Shown: positions 36,762 to 50,543, counted from the whole stretch's first letter. The stretch is DNA of 63,625 nt, filler included, from Octopus bimaculoides (GCF_001194135.2; 7 parts of 6 records of this genome joined end to end with filler, not necessarily neighbours in it); one strand, 5' to 3'. Notes: generated from the letters alone by a model not told the origin. Numbers and translations: made by a program.

Positions 36762-38332
36762 TATATAAATATATATATAAATTTATATAAATAAAGATAA
36801 GATCGATATTTAAATACCGATTTTATCAGGTGGCTAGCATGAAGAAGGCAGAGCCAGAAATCCGGGATCTGGAATTGTCCAGTAATTTTTTGCTAGTTTA
36901 TTTTGTCTCTTTGTTTTTTCTCCTGGTGCTATATGAACATTTAATGTGGTTTTAGAGTCAAGTTTTGACTGCTATTTCCAGCGTGGTGGTATCTCTTAGA
37001 TACCCTAAATTATAATTTTAAATATATATATATAATATAAATACACACATATATTCGCATGTCTACACGCATAGATGTATACACACACCGATACAAACAT
37101 ATACATATTTGCATACAAACGTGTACATTGGCACGGCTACAGACTTATTCCTACCAGCAATCTTACAGGTAGGCACACACAAACATGCAAAACACGCACA
37201 ATCACTCAAATATGCACATAAATAATATCACACGAATGCATACGCAGACACACCAGTATGGAAGATATATGTGAGAACAAAACAACAACAAAAACAACAA
37301 CATCAACAACTACAACGACAACAATAACAACATCAACAACAGCAACACTTTCAGCAAAAAAAAAAATGCGAAAAAGGNNNNNNNNNNAAAAAAAAAAAAA
37401 AAAAATGCGAAAAAGGTGAAATCAATTTCAAGAATGGCATCAACGAGATTTCCTACAATTTCTTTAACGTATATAAGGAATTCGTTTTCTCCTGGCATCG
37501 GAAGCAACACCCAAAGACACCAATGTCGTTGTGACATTATTTCTTTTTTCTTCCAGCGTAAAAATAATTGAGTATCTGCAATAATAATAAATCTTTTATT
37601 ATGCTTATTGGAATAGACAAACAAAACAAAACGAAAGTATTTGATATTCAGCTACTATGGCAAATAAATCGATATAATTATCAATTCTCATCGATATAGA
37701 TTGCATTACTTAATTATATTTCAAATGTTACACACATACACATACACACACATACGCACAAAAACACACACTTTCGCACACACATGTATGTATATATTAC
37801 CGATTGAAAATCGGATAACAACCTATACTTATAGAAAAAGTACACCCACCAACGCAAATAGAATTTTACATATGATATATGTATCTATCTATATATANNN
37901 NNNNNNNNNNNNNNNNNNNNNNNNNNNNNNNNNNNNNNNNNNNNNNNNNNNNNNNNNNNNNNNNNNNNNNNNNNNNNNNNNNNNNNNNNNNNNNNNNNNN
38001 NNNNNNNNNNNNNNNNNNNNNNNNNNNNNNNNNNNNNNNNNNNNNNNNNNNNNNNNNNNNNNNNNNNNNNNNNNNNNNNNNNNNNNNNNNNNNNNNNNNN
38101 NNNNNNNNNNNNNNNNNNNNNNNNNNNNNNNNNNNNNNNNNNNNNNNNNNNNNNNNNNNNNNNNNNNNNNNNNNNNNNNNNNNNNNNNNNNNNNNNNNNN
38201 NNNNNNNNNNNNNNNNNNNNNNNNNNNNNNNNNNNNNNNNNNNNNNNNNNNNNNNNNNNNNNNNNNNNNNNNNNNNNNNNNNNNNNNNNNNTATATAAGT
38301 AGGTTTCTACATGCCTACGAATCAGTGTCTAC

Positions 38333-38417
<85 letters not shown>

Positions 38418-38430
38418 CTTATCTATCTGT
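38333..38430. repeat. (TCTA)n microsatellite
   Basis: Direct inspection. Confidence 0.95.
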
Positions 38431-38631
38431 ATATATGTATGAATGTACGTTTATAGGCATATACGTTAAGACCAAGTGCAGAGACGAAAGAAATGACTAG
38501 TAAATATGTACATCAATAGAAACAAGATGAAAATACTAACGTCTCCACATAACGTTATGCATCTTATACGCTTATGGATACATGTTTATTGATATCAAAT
38601 GCGTCGTGCATAAAAACACACGTACCTACAC

Positions 38632-38666
<35 letters not shown>

Positions 38667-39828
38667 ACGACACACATACACACGTATTTATGCACATAAT
38701 TATATACACTTATTCATATATCTACTTATATACATACAAAGTATAATACGTAGATATATGTATGCATACACAAAGGAAAATACATACATATACAGATGTC
38801 TAAATTTGCGCGCGCGCTTCTGTGTACTCACACAATCACATACACATACATACTACGCTATATACTCATATGCAGGCAATCACACAAATATAGATATATT
38901 TCCTCTGATATACATATGGAAATTAGCGAACCAGGAAAGTTAAGCAACACCCATTAGAGCATAACAATTAGTTAATTCTACATAAACTATTTTCTAGACA
39001 ATGTATATTTTAATTCACGCATATCCTGTCACTATTAATGCTTAAATGCGAATCAATATTTAGAATAAATCATATACCGGAATAGATTTGGGAATAACGA
39101 TTTTAAAACTAATAGCAACTAAATCTATTAAATTTGCCATATATAATGTCGTTAGCTCGTTTCTATATTTGTTACGAAGGTTATAACTATGGGATTGCTT
39201 TGGATCAATGCTGTAAAATATTTTGTATGTAAAGTCAATAGAGTCTAATGCTGTATGCTGAGTTATACGTTTATTCACTCACACTTATTGTCAAATCTAC
39301 ATCCGTGGCTGTTGATTTCTAATGAATATTCATTGAACAGAAAAGGTTTGGTTGACCACAATGTGTTGAGGCGGTGACACTGACAGCTGCTTATAACAGG
39401 CAGCTAGGACAGGACGCTGGTGTCCTCGTTTTATGATATTCATTTTTAGTAATATATGTTTTAACGTATACATACATGCACACACGCCCAACAAATGCAT
39501 GCATGCGTATATCTATATGTGTGTGTGAGTGCATATATGTATGTGTGAATACATATATGTATGTGTATATATATATATATATATATGTATATATACGTAT
39601 ATACACACATATATACATATGCATACATACACACACACAGATAATATGAAAGAGCACATAAGAAGCGTCACTTCTCCCTTGCGTAAAGTAACGTCACCTG
39701 CAGTAAATGTCGCTGCTGCAGATCAAGAACAGGTCTTGTAGCCGACGTGTAAGCGTCCCAGAGATGATTAATAAACATGAAAAGTCAACGATGACCTACG
39801 ATCGTCAGCCGAAGCGTACACACACACA

Positions 39829-39881
<53 letters not shown>

Positions 39882-39924
39882 GTGCATGCGTGTGCGTGCG
39901 CGAGTGCGAAGTGTGTGTGTCTAA

Positions 39925-40085
39925 GGTAAAAAGTACAAACAAACAAGGTGCATTAGATTGACGCTCAGGAAAACTGGAAGTGGTCTTTAACGTTTCGAAC
40001 CTACGTTCTTCTACGGAAAAGACAGACGAGAAGAGAGAAAATAAAGAGAGAAGAACAAGTGAGTCTCAGTGAAAAGGTCATTGCA
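39925..40085 (-). mobile_element. Penelope-like terminal repeat with hammerhead-like motif (copy 3 of 3)
   Basis: Minus strand reads CCGTAGA A GAAC-GTAG-GTTC GAAAC GTT at about 39989-40016. Confidence 0.55.
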
Positions 40086-40904
40086 TGATGAAATAAACGG
40101 AAGAGGAAGAAATGAAGTTCAGAGTAGGTGGCAAGGGCTGGGGGTGGGGAGGCGACATTGACTTGGCATACATGCATGTGTGTATGCGCATGAAGCAAGT
40201 TGTATTTATGCATGTGTATACGTGTGTATGTGTGCGTGCGGCTTTCTGACGTACGTGCACATGAAGCTTCCAGGCGCGCGCGTCTATGTATTTGTGCGTG
40301 GTGTGTATTTGTGTGTGCAAGCGTACATGTCTGCGCACACATACACATACACACAGAGATATACATAAAAACATACATAATACACACACACAGACATACA
40401 CACCTACACACACGTACGTATATATTCCAACTGGATCGATATACGTTTACTTGTGTATTTATATCCCCCGAGTCTTCAGTAGCACTTAGTAACCCGAAAT
40501 TTATTTGATCCATAAGTCAGATAGTTACCAATTCTTCAGTTGCCATATAAATAAGAATTTGCTTGAAGATATTTGGCTATGGAAGTGAGTATTACTGTTT
40601 CTCTTTATTTCTTCTACGTATCGATTATTCATGGTTAATATTTTGCCTGCAAAATATTTTGTGAAGGTGGAAGTGCGCATACTTTGACGAAATACCTGGC
40701 TGTAATTTTGAAATGTCTCAATACCGTTCGTTTCAAATTCATGCCCTACATGGAATTTTGACTTCCATCCTCTAAAACTCCTTATGCTGGTTAGTATTTA
40801 TGACCCAGTGATCGCTTTTGCAACCATTATTTAGTTCAGACATAGGCAACTGTTTTTCAAGAAGCGGGCACAAACACTGACACACACACATACACACACA
40901 AACA

Positions 40905-41060
40905 CATATACAATGGGCTTTATTCAGTTTCCGGCTACCAAATCAACTCACAAAGCTTTGGTCGGCTATAGTAGAAGACACTTGCCCAGAGTGCCACGCA
41001 GTGGCACTGAACCCCGTACCATGTGGTTGGGACGCAATCTTCTTAACACACAGCCACATC
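40905..41060 (-). mobile_element. SINE family A head
   Basis: TATAGTAGAAGACACTTGCCCA..GTGCCACGCAGTGG.ACTGAACCC. Confidence 0.85.
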
Positions 41061-41683
41061 TGTGTGTGGTGAAAGTGTTATGGTGGTGATGGTGATAGTG
41101 AAGTTTATGTCCCATATCATTGCTTATGACAATGGTGGTTACCATATCGATGGCGGTGTTTGGCTTGCTCATGTTGATACAGCGAGGGTGTTGATGCGAG
41201 TGTTTGTGGTCGTGGTAGTGATGATTGTAGTGCCGATGATGATGGTGATGGTGATGATGATGATGATGGTAACATATGAATGCGGAGATGACATTTCCTT
41301 TTGGAATTGTTAATTAATTAAAATGTATTGAAAAATTTAACCGTCGAGATTTTTCCATCTTTGAGATTAATTTTAGGATGAAAACAAAATATAAAAGAAA
41401 GGAAACCAATTTTAGAATGTGATCTCTCTCTCTCTCTCCCTTTGGTCTCTCCCCTCTCTCTCCCCTCTCACTATCGGACAAACACACACACGCACTCACT
41501 CACATACACAAAAGGATACATGCACACAGTTTCACACATACAAACCTACACAGGCACACAGAAAGCCATGCAGAGAACCACACGCACACACAAACACACA
41601 AATGTGTACGCAATGAGATGAATATATGTCCCAGTGTAAACACATTTACTAGTATATACAAGCGATTACGCGTGTGTATATGC

Positions 41684-41729
<46 letters not shown>

Positions 41730-44700
41730 CTTACATACATGCATGTGTATAAATATGTATGCATTTATATATGTACTTATATAATATACTATAACACAAT
41801 ATAATATACATATTTATAGATACATACATACGTAAATATGTGCGTGTGTGATTTTGTGTATGTATGTGTGCGTGTTTGTGTGTGTGATATGTGTGGGTGA
41901 AATGTGGCGAAAATTTATGAATAACGATTTTGTTGCCGTTGGGATTACAGCAGATATAAAATACCTTACAATGACCTACAGTAAATGGAGTAATAACGGG
42001 GAATGTTCTTGCAGATAAGTTTTAGGAATGATGACCCTCTCTTCAGAGAAATAAAATGCACTATTTTTAATCTCTTACATGGAGAACAATTAATGGTAAT
42101 CTGTATGTATATGTACATATATATATATATATATATATATAATCATATCCATATACACGTATATATATATATATATGTATATGTATATAAATATATGTGT
42201 GTATATATATATATATAATTGTTACAGAGGACAACAAACGTTAAGTTTTTCATTGAAAGAAAAGTCGCACTACTGACTAAAGCACAACGGGAGATGCTTT
42301 TGCAGTAAAAAAAGTATTTGAAAATATATGAAGTTTTTCAAACCCACATCCCCTCGTACTGACATATATCGTAGGAGACGAATGTCACCAGGCATGACCA
42401 GATCAACTGCCAGATCGTGCGATTTCAACGTACTGCACTTCCTCAGTGGTAGACTTCTACATAGACCGTATATAATCCAAACTCCTCTGCTAACGATATT
42501 TTGAATAACAGTCAGTTTTTGGTCCTTTTTTTTGTTATGTCACTAAGGTGGAAAGCAAAACGGGATTTTACTTCTATTTGTAGCAGATCAAGGAACCCTG
42601 CAGAAGCCCTGTTAATCGTTTTATAAACCTATCGTTGTTCCTAATATTGGTGCTGGAACCCTTGATTTTCTTGCTATATTGACGTCGTTGTTGCTATTAT
42701 TCCGTTCCTCTGTTGTTGTTAAATATTGCCCATTGCCATAGGTTTATTTCAGATTTCGAACTCTATTAATGCTGTTATTGTTGCTGTCGTTGTTACTGCT
42801 GTTGTACTCATCGCCGCCATTGTTGTTATTTTGTAATTTTGATAACTGTGTTGCTAAACTAGGTTTGAGTTGTTGCAACACTTCATGATATCATTGGTGA
42901 CGTTTTTGTTATTTTCAGGCAGCTGATTTAAGTACAATAGTATTAGTACACGCGGTAGTGGTGATGGTAGAAGCAGAAGTGGTGCTGATGTTGATAGTGT
43001 CAGCATTAATATTAGTACTAATAGTAGTATTATTAGTCGTAGTTGTAAGTGTTGTTGTTCACGACGATGACGATGAGAGTGATGATGGTTTTGTAATATA
43101 GCTTAATGTATAAGATTTACTGAAAGCAAAACCCCGTATTTTTGTGTTTATTTTTTATGTAATTGTTGTGCAGCTGTTAGTCATACTAAGTTTTGTTACT
43201 GAAAATGACGACGATGACTACGACGACGACGATGATGATGATGATGATATTGATAATGATGATGATGTTGATGATCATGATGATGACGGTTTTGTAATGT
43301 GGTTTAATATAGATTTACTCGAAGCGATGTTACACGTCCTTTTTTTTGACTTACCTATGAGGCAACCTTCATATAATTGAATCGAATAATTTGCTAACAG
43401 TTAAATGTCAGCTTATTTTGTATAAGAAAACATTTAACTAGAAATTCTTTTCTTTTGATTTTATATGTTTCTATTTAATAAACAAAACAAGAGCAGACAA
43501 AAACGATACCAACAAAGAAAAGTACCTCTTCTCTTCGTGAAAGAGCAACAACAATAACCACAAACCAATGTTAATTGCAGCTGAAAATTGTTATAAAACA
43601 TCGTAAAGTTTCTGAGATTTTCCAAGGAGGTTACACTGCAAAAGTGAAGTTGACTAACCTTTAGGGAAAATTCTTTGTCGAAAGGTAGTACAAATAACAA
43701 CTAAATCTCACTTAACCCTTTAACAGCATAATTAAATAATTAATTTCGTAATTATTCCCTAAATGATGCTAATTATCCACTAAGATAAATTAAAAAAGAA
43801 ATGATACTTTCTGCTTCTGCACTACTTTTTCAGTATCTTGTGTACGGTTGGTACAATTTTGACATCCACCACTAGAATTATTTGATTCTTACTTCGTAAA
43901 GAGATATTTGATAAAATATGCGAAGAAAAAATATTAAGAATACCTGGAAACAATTATATCTTGCAATAAGTGTTATTGGAGAAACTTTCCGCAGAGAACG
44001 GCAATAAAATTTCGAAGTAAAATTTGTCCACTTTCCACGTTCAAAGGACTTCAATAACCCTATCGTCTTAAAAGGTACAAAATGAAGAAAGATGTGTAGG
44101 TGTGGACGAGAGGTTAAGAAATTCACTTCTCTATCGTGTTTTTTCCTGCCTCTGTGTGGCATCTTATGCATGTGTTTTTTACCAAAACCTCGTGTCGCCC
44201 TTATGAGATGAAATGGGTTAACGAGAGGATTTTGGAAGCCCGTTAGAAAGTTTGTTTGTAATTCAAAGCGCCGTCCTTATTACACATTGTCCGCCTGAGA
44301 ATTACGTTAAGGTACACTTGTTTGTGCTTTGCTCAGCTACTTATACAATTTAACAAGAAGTTGCATCAGTTAAACAAACAAGTTAATCACTCATCATCGA
44401 AATTGACAAAGGATCTCTATCACCGTTTTAAACAACGCGTGACAAGTTGGTTACTATAGTTATAGATACACAAACTGTTAATGACGAGTTGGTCTCGTCT
44501 GGAATGCTTTCGATCTAGATCTTCTGAATATTATGTTTTTAACCAGAGCTGAACAAATAGCAGCTGTTATCGTAGTCCATTTATGACCGCTCCATATATG
44601 GACTACGGAGCAGTCCATAGACTATGGAGCAGTCCATATATGGTCGTTCTTCTGGCGAGATATAGACATCAAATCTTACCCAAATTTTAATCTAAATTCT

Positions 44701-46684
44701 TTAACAAATTGGGTCGTATTGGTTAATGTAGTGCTAGATGCACTGTGTCAGAAATAAAAAACTAAAGAATAGGTAATTAATAAAGAGCAGACGTGGTGTT
44801 AAAACGACAATGTTGACTCTTACAGCAACAGCAACAACATGAACATCATACGCTACATCTGCAATAACAAAAAAAAAATGCACCAATAATGGAACATATT
44901 TTGATATGCGTCATGCTGAACGTATATGCATTATTGCAGGGAATGGTGATGTAGTTTTTCTTCTGAGAGAAAATCTCTTCATAGTCATGTTAAAAAAACA
45001 ATATAGTTGCGATGCGATCGAAGATAGAAAACAGAAGATAGAAGACATAAGATAATAGTAAGATACAACGGAAGAGGAGAGCATTCACTTTGTGTCCAAG
45101 GCCACAAATTGGGAGGTAAAGTATAATTGATATATCGATCTCAGTATTTGACTAAAGCCTTTTTTTTATAGGCTCCTGGGTGTATTAAAAAAAGAACAAA
45201 AAGAAAAAGAAAACAGAAAAGAAAAACCTTTTACCCACTATCATGGCGGTATTTGAAGTTGGACATAAAAGTTACACTAACGATTTACCATTGTACGACA
45301 TAGCCAATAATAAGATGAAATTGTTGAAATTAAAAGTAAGGAAGATTTAAACTTCCGGGATAACCAAACCATGATGACGCAATAATTGTTGATATTGTTG
45401 TTGACCTTACTGTATTTGTTTTTATGGTTGTAACAATTATTCTCTGCTGATTCATTATTCCATGCTGTTACTGCTTCTGTTGTTCGAATTGTGGATTTTG
45501 TTATTGTTGTTGCAGTTGTTTGTCAGTGTTATTGTTTTTGTTGTTGCTACTGCTGGTGTTGTTGTTATTTTAGTTCCTTGTTGTTGCTTTTGTTATACTT
45601 GTAGTCATTGTTTTTGCTAATGGCGTTGCAAGTACGGTTTAAAATACGAGATTCTTTTAAAGCGATGTTTCACGTTAGCTGCTCAGTAAGAGAAAGACAG
45701 AGAGAGAGAGAGAAAAAGAAGGAGATAGGGAGAGAGAGTGGGGAAGAGAAAGAGAGAGTGATACTTCATTTAATTAAAAGAATCATTACTAACGCTTAAA
45801 TGTCAGCTTATTATGTATAAGAAAACAATTAACAAAAATTAACTTTTCTTTGATTTAACAAGTCTCTCACTAAACAACACAAAATTACAAAATAAAACGA
45901 AGAAATGTAAAATAAAAGCAGAAACGAAAAGAAAAACGAGAACAAAATGAACGCCGCATAAATATTTCAGATAAAGCGGGATATAAAATAAAGGAAAGAA
46001 CAGGGGGTTACCAAAGATTTTCAGCAGCAGGAAATAATAATAATCAACCTCACCGGAAGACCGTTACAGGCAGAATCTAAGAGATTGTCTCAATGTGGCA
46101 ACGCGAAATGCTAGAATCCGCAGCCAAATATAATTTAAATCGCATTTAACGTCTTGAACAAGGTAAGCTGGACATCTAAGAAAAACAAAATTAATGACAG
46201 GCTTGAGCGATTTTATTCGTAGGTTTCCGCGACAATGATTCACCAAGAGTAACGAAAATATAATGCTAGACCTGCTAAAAATAGTGAGTAAATCTCACTG
46301 AAATCACTCCCTATATTTTGAAACAGGGCCGAATACATTTGATAGTGTAGTAATCGATAGACTGTACTTGAACGAAAAAAAAAGGAGACGTTATTCTCAA
46401 CCAAGATACCGCCCTGGGTCTTAAAAACAAAAGCAACATTCTTAACAATAAAAAAGTAATGAAAAACAACTAAAACCCAAAGAAAAAAGAACTGTGGCAA
46501 CAACAACGACGACAATAAGAACACGAACAACAACGACAAGAACTGCTATTACCTACTCGTGGTTTCGTGTCACTCAGAAATTTAAATTGTACTATCCTTT
46601 GTTATTCATAATTTGCTCTCACTAGCTTCGTCATTAAGGTGACGAATCAGTAGCGCTTTTAGATAATTCGATTTGCAGTATTTT

Positions 46685-46885
46685 ATTACAGTTTTTCTTG
46701 CTCTGAGTTCAAATGTCGGCCACGTCAACTTTGCCTTTCATCCGCGTTCTGAGTTCATATACTGCCGAGGTTGACTTAGCCTTTCGTCCCTTTCTGGGTC
46801 GATAAAATAAGTTGTAGTAGTGCGCTCAGGTCAATGGAATCGACCTTTCCCTTTCCCCGAAATTTGTGACCTTATGCCAAAATTT
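46685..46885 (+). mobile_element. SINE family C (head partly duplicated)
   Basis: TCTGAGTTCAAAT occurs twice; GCCAAAATTTGAAGC tail. Confidence 0.75.
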
Positions 46886-46899
46886 GAAGCTAGTATTCT

Positions 46900-47110
46900 T
46901 TCCTACACTAAGCACAAGGCCCGAAATTTCTTGGGAGGGGACAGTCAATTAGATCGACCCCAGTACGCAATTGGTACTTAATTCATCGACCCTGAAACGA
47001 TGAACAACAAAGTCGACCTCGGCGGAATTTGAACTCAGAACTTTACGACGGACGAAACACCGCTAAGTATTACGCCCGGCGTGCTAACAATTCTGCCAGC
47101 TCGCTGCCTT
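46900..47110 (-). mobile_element. SINE family C
   Basis: AAAGTCGACCTCGGCGGAATTTGAACTCAGAAC..CCCGGCGTGCTAAC.ATTCTGCCAGCTCGC. Confidence 0.9.
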
Positions 47111-47135
47111 ATTTGAAGCTAATATTAGTTGTTTT

Positions 47136-47360
47136 TAAGGTGGCGAGCTAGCAGAATCATTAGCACACCGGAAAAATACTTAGCGGCATTTCGTCCGTCT
47201 TTACGTTCTGAGTTCAAATTCTGCCGCGGTCGATTTTGTCTTTTAATACTTTCGAGCTCGATAAAATAGGTTCCAGGGGAATGTTGGGGTTCGATGTAAT
47301 TAACTTACCCCACCAGCTCGCCCCGAACATGCTGGCTTTGTTTCAAAATTTGAAATCAAT
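47136..47360 (+). mobile_element. SINE family C
   Basis: GGTGGCGAGCTAGCAGAATC.TTAGCAC.CCGG..TTACGTTCTGAGTTCAAATT. Confidence 0.9.
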
Positions 47361-47368
47361 ATTAATTG

Positions 47369-48075
47369 GGATCTAGTTCAAAACGGGGGCACCAGTTTTC
47401 ATTTATGTTTTATGTAGTGTTTTTGGTACCGAAAGACTTTCAAACTTCGTATACTTATCTATTTTGTGTTATAGAACAGAAAAAAATTTTTGTATTCGGA
47501 GTTATTTCATTTAAAAAATTGTCTTATTTCAATAATTTCAACCAATCACTGACAAGTATTCAGCTGTTTATACTTACTCCTTTGGCAGTTTAAGCGGTGT
47601 AAAGCGTATTTAATCTCCATTTATAATTTCGTTAACATCTGCTTGAACTGTATGTGTACAACATTTGCTTTTTTCATTTTCTTTCACGCGTGTTTATTTC
47701 GTTAACATCTGCCTGAACTGTATGAAAGGTTTATTAGCTACTGCCTAACCCTAACCCTAACCCTAATCCTAACCCTACTGCCAATATGCTTCAGTCATTT
47801 TTTGACAAGGAAATAATAATTTTATCACCGCCAGAATCGTTTGAGAATCGTTTGTTTACGTAGTCAGCACTTACTGTATTCGACTGAATGGACGTCAGTC
47901 ATTGGTTGAAATTATAGAAATACGACAAATTTAACATGAAATAACTTGCGATGTACGTTTTTTTGTTAAGAAGACTAAGAGAAAAAGATGTTTTATATGA
48001 CACATTCTACCAGTGTCCCAAGTTTCAAAGTGTTTCGTTAAGAAAATACTGGTGCCCCCGTTTTGAACTAGATCC
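47369..48075. mobile_element. 707-bp non-autonomous TIR transposon (MITE), Merlin-like
   Basis: Perfect 28-bp TIRs GGATCTAGTTCAAAACGGGGGCACCAGT (47369-47396 and 48048-48075) and an 8-bp TSD ATTAATTG (47361-47368 and 48076-48083). GG termini with an 8-bp TSD fit Merlin; hAT is not excluded. Confidence 0.85.
47744..47776. repeat. Telomere-type (CCCTAA)n, about 5 copies, inside the MITE
   Basis: CCTAACCCTAACCCTAACCCTAATCCTAACCCT. Confidence 0.9.
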
Positions 48076-49191
48076 ATTAATTGTCGCTGTGTCGATAATA
48101 TAAAATATCAATTGAGTACTTGGGTCAATATAATCGACTTACCCCATTCTCGTAAATTGCTGGCGTTGTGCCAAAATTTGAAACCAGTATTAGTTGTCGT
48201 TGTCATTGATTGAATTCTTGTTTACAGATTTATTGTTTAAATGTAAACCAGCTGTTATGTTCCAGCTGTGGATGTTATTGCTTTTGTCATTGTTCGTGTT
48301 ATCCTTATTAAAGTTTGTTGCTGTTATATTATTGTTGCTATCATTGTAAAGCTACCGGTGCTGGAATTGTTGCAGTTCTAATTGTTGTTGTTGTGAATTC
48401 TCTCGTCGTAATGTTTTAACACATCAGATTCACGTAAAGCTATGATTCGCATTTCGCCTCTTTGTTAGTCTTCATTTAATTAGATAAAACATAGCTAACA
48501 GTTAAATGTCAACGTACTTAATATAAGAAAACAATTAGCCAAATTAATTTCTCTTTGAGTTCCTGTGCTTGTTTCTGATAAATCAAATAAGAAACAAAAT
48601 GTAACGAGAAACACTAGAAAGAAAACAAAGGAAAGGAAAGAAAAATAAAAGAAAGAGTTAAGAAGAAATAACGAAGAAAGAGATCTTATCCAAAAACCGA
48701 ACCCAAATCGACAACAACGAACAACAAAGGGTGTATTTTAATTTCAGATTAGCACAGATGCTGGATCTAAGAAAGATTACGATATTTTCCAAAGTATTAA
48801 GAAGCACCACTGGAATTAATCAATCTTAGTTGACATTTAATAGAAAATTCCAATAAGTTCAATTGCCGTGATGAGTAAAGAAGTTAACATTTGAACTCTT
48901 ATACTTTATAGGAGTGTAAGGAAGATTTTAAATGTATATATACAATATATAACGTGTATATATATATATATNNNNNNNNNNNNNNNNNNNNNNNNNNNNN
49001 NNNNNNNNNNNNNNNNNNNNNNNNNNNNNNNNNNNNNNNNNNNNNNNNNNNNNNNNNNNNNNNNNNNNNNNNNNNNNNNNNNNNNNNNNNNNNNNNNNNN
49101 NNNNNNNNNNNNNNNNNNNNNNNNNTGTGTGTGTGTGTGTGCGAATATCTTTATCTTTCACTTTCTATTTGTAGATAGATATATGTATATA

Positions 49192-49580
49192 CACTGGCCA
49201 AAATAAGTTTAAGACCGATGAGGGCAGTTCTATTCCTTCATTAATATATTTTTAGCAAAACTGTGTAAAATTATTTTACTTTTTACAGTTTATGTAGAAT
49301 TTTTTTCTCTTTCGAATGATATAGCCAAGATATATCTCTACAATTCCAATAATTTTTATGTGCAATTAATCCAAATGATTACAAATTGTCGGCAAAATAA
49401 GTTTGCTTACATAGAGTATAACACAAGCAGAGATATGTAGGCTACCATCTCTTTCGTCTAAAAAGTAAGGCCTACAAATTTTCTTAGGCCTTTACATCAC
49501 ACTGCTCCCTACAATCTTCAGGTATGGCTAAAAGTAAAAACTAAAGACGGCTACGCGGTGCAATTATGTTCACGATTGTA
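49192..49580 (+). mobile_element. Probable left end of an IR/DR-type Tc1 element
   Basis: TA|CACTGGCCAAAATAAGTTT; the direct repeat GGC.AAAATAAGTTT recurs about 195 bp inside (49391); an ATG at 49524 gives MAKSK, similar to Tc1 transposase starts. No right end found. Confidence 0.45.
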
Positions 49581-50506
49581 ATTGAGAAAAATGAGACAAG
49601 GCAATTTTATGTATAAAGAGAAGAGATGCATGGCTAAAGGACCATATATGTGGAAATCAATTTGATGTATCATACTACATTATTATGTAGCAAGGTATGA
49701 GAAGAATATCGATAAGTCATTAAATATGGCAATAATTTTGGTGAGTTAACAAGTACGAGTAATGGGCGAAGATATGTTGTGTGTGTGTAAATGTAATAAT
49801 CACATGTTCATAAATGATCACACTGTCTATCTTAACTAATAAATCAATATAATATAATAACGGTGCATGGGTAGAGCCATCCGAGTACAAACATGAACTT
49901 AAAGGTTAATGGAATGATGCAAGGCAGACGAGAGGGGAAAATGACGAACGACAAGAGATGTAGAAATGGAAGGAGAAAAGAAAAGAAGGGAGTAATGTCC
50001 TTAAGCTGTGAGAGTCTTTGTACAGTATAGTTTACTGGAAATGAGAGTGATCAGCTTAAATCTCTAACCATTTGAGGAAAGATTTTTCTTGGCTGTCATT
50101 TGCTGTTGCTGGATTCCAGGGTATAAGTTTTGCCAATGCCAGGAGGGTGATGTTTAACACAGCACGTACAGAACCTGGAGATATACCGATTAGTAATACC
50201 GTCAAAATCCTTAAACATGACAACCAAATGTCCTAATATGGTATAAAAGAAAGTTCACTTTGACAGGATAAGACTCTTAACTACAGGATAACGGAAGAAA
50301 TCCTAAACATATTTACATCGTGGCGCTAACAAGTTCACCTACACATTGCATTATTTGTATAAGATAACTGCCACTGTAAATAGTGGGAAAATCTTGGTGT
50401 ATATATATATATATATATATATAGATATATATATATGTGGTCGATCTTTCTGTCTGTCTCTCTCTTTATGCCTATATATACGATTACATATAGATACATA
50501 TCTTTG

Positions 50507-50543
<37 letters not shown>

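Larger units (their letters stand above)
42660..48900 (+). repeat. Three co-oriented copies of a 45-bp core, each preceded by a (GTT/GAT)-rich tract and followed by an A-rich tract
   Basis: Core CTAAC..TTAAATGTCA.....TATAAGAAAACA.TTA.C at 43394, 45789 and 48495 (41/45 and 38/45 identical to the first copy). Confidence 0.75.

Noticed and set aside
41310-41321. TTAATTAATTAA without flanking Ns
   Set aside because: Lies in continuous AT-rich sequence; probably natural, with no evidence it is a gap marker or functional.
45970-46168. Possible exon ending at AAG|GTAAGC (46162)
   Set aside because: All frames from the candidate upstream acceptors contain stops.
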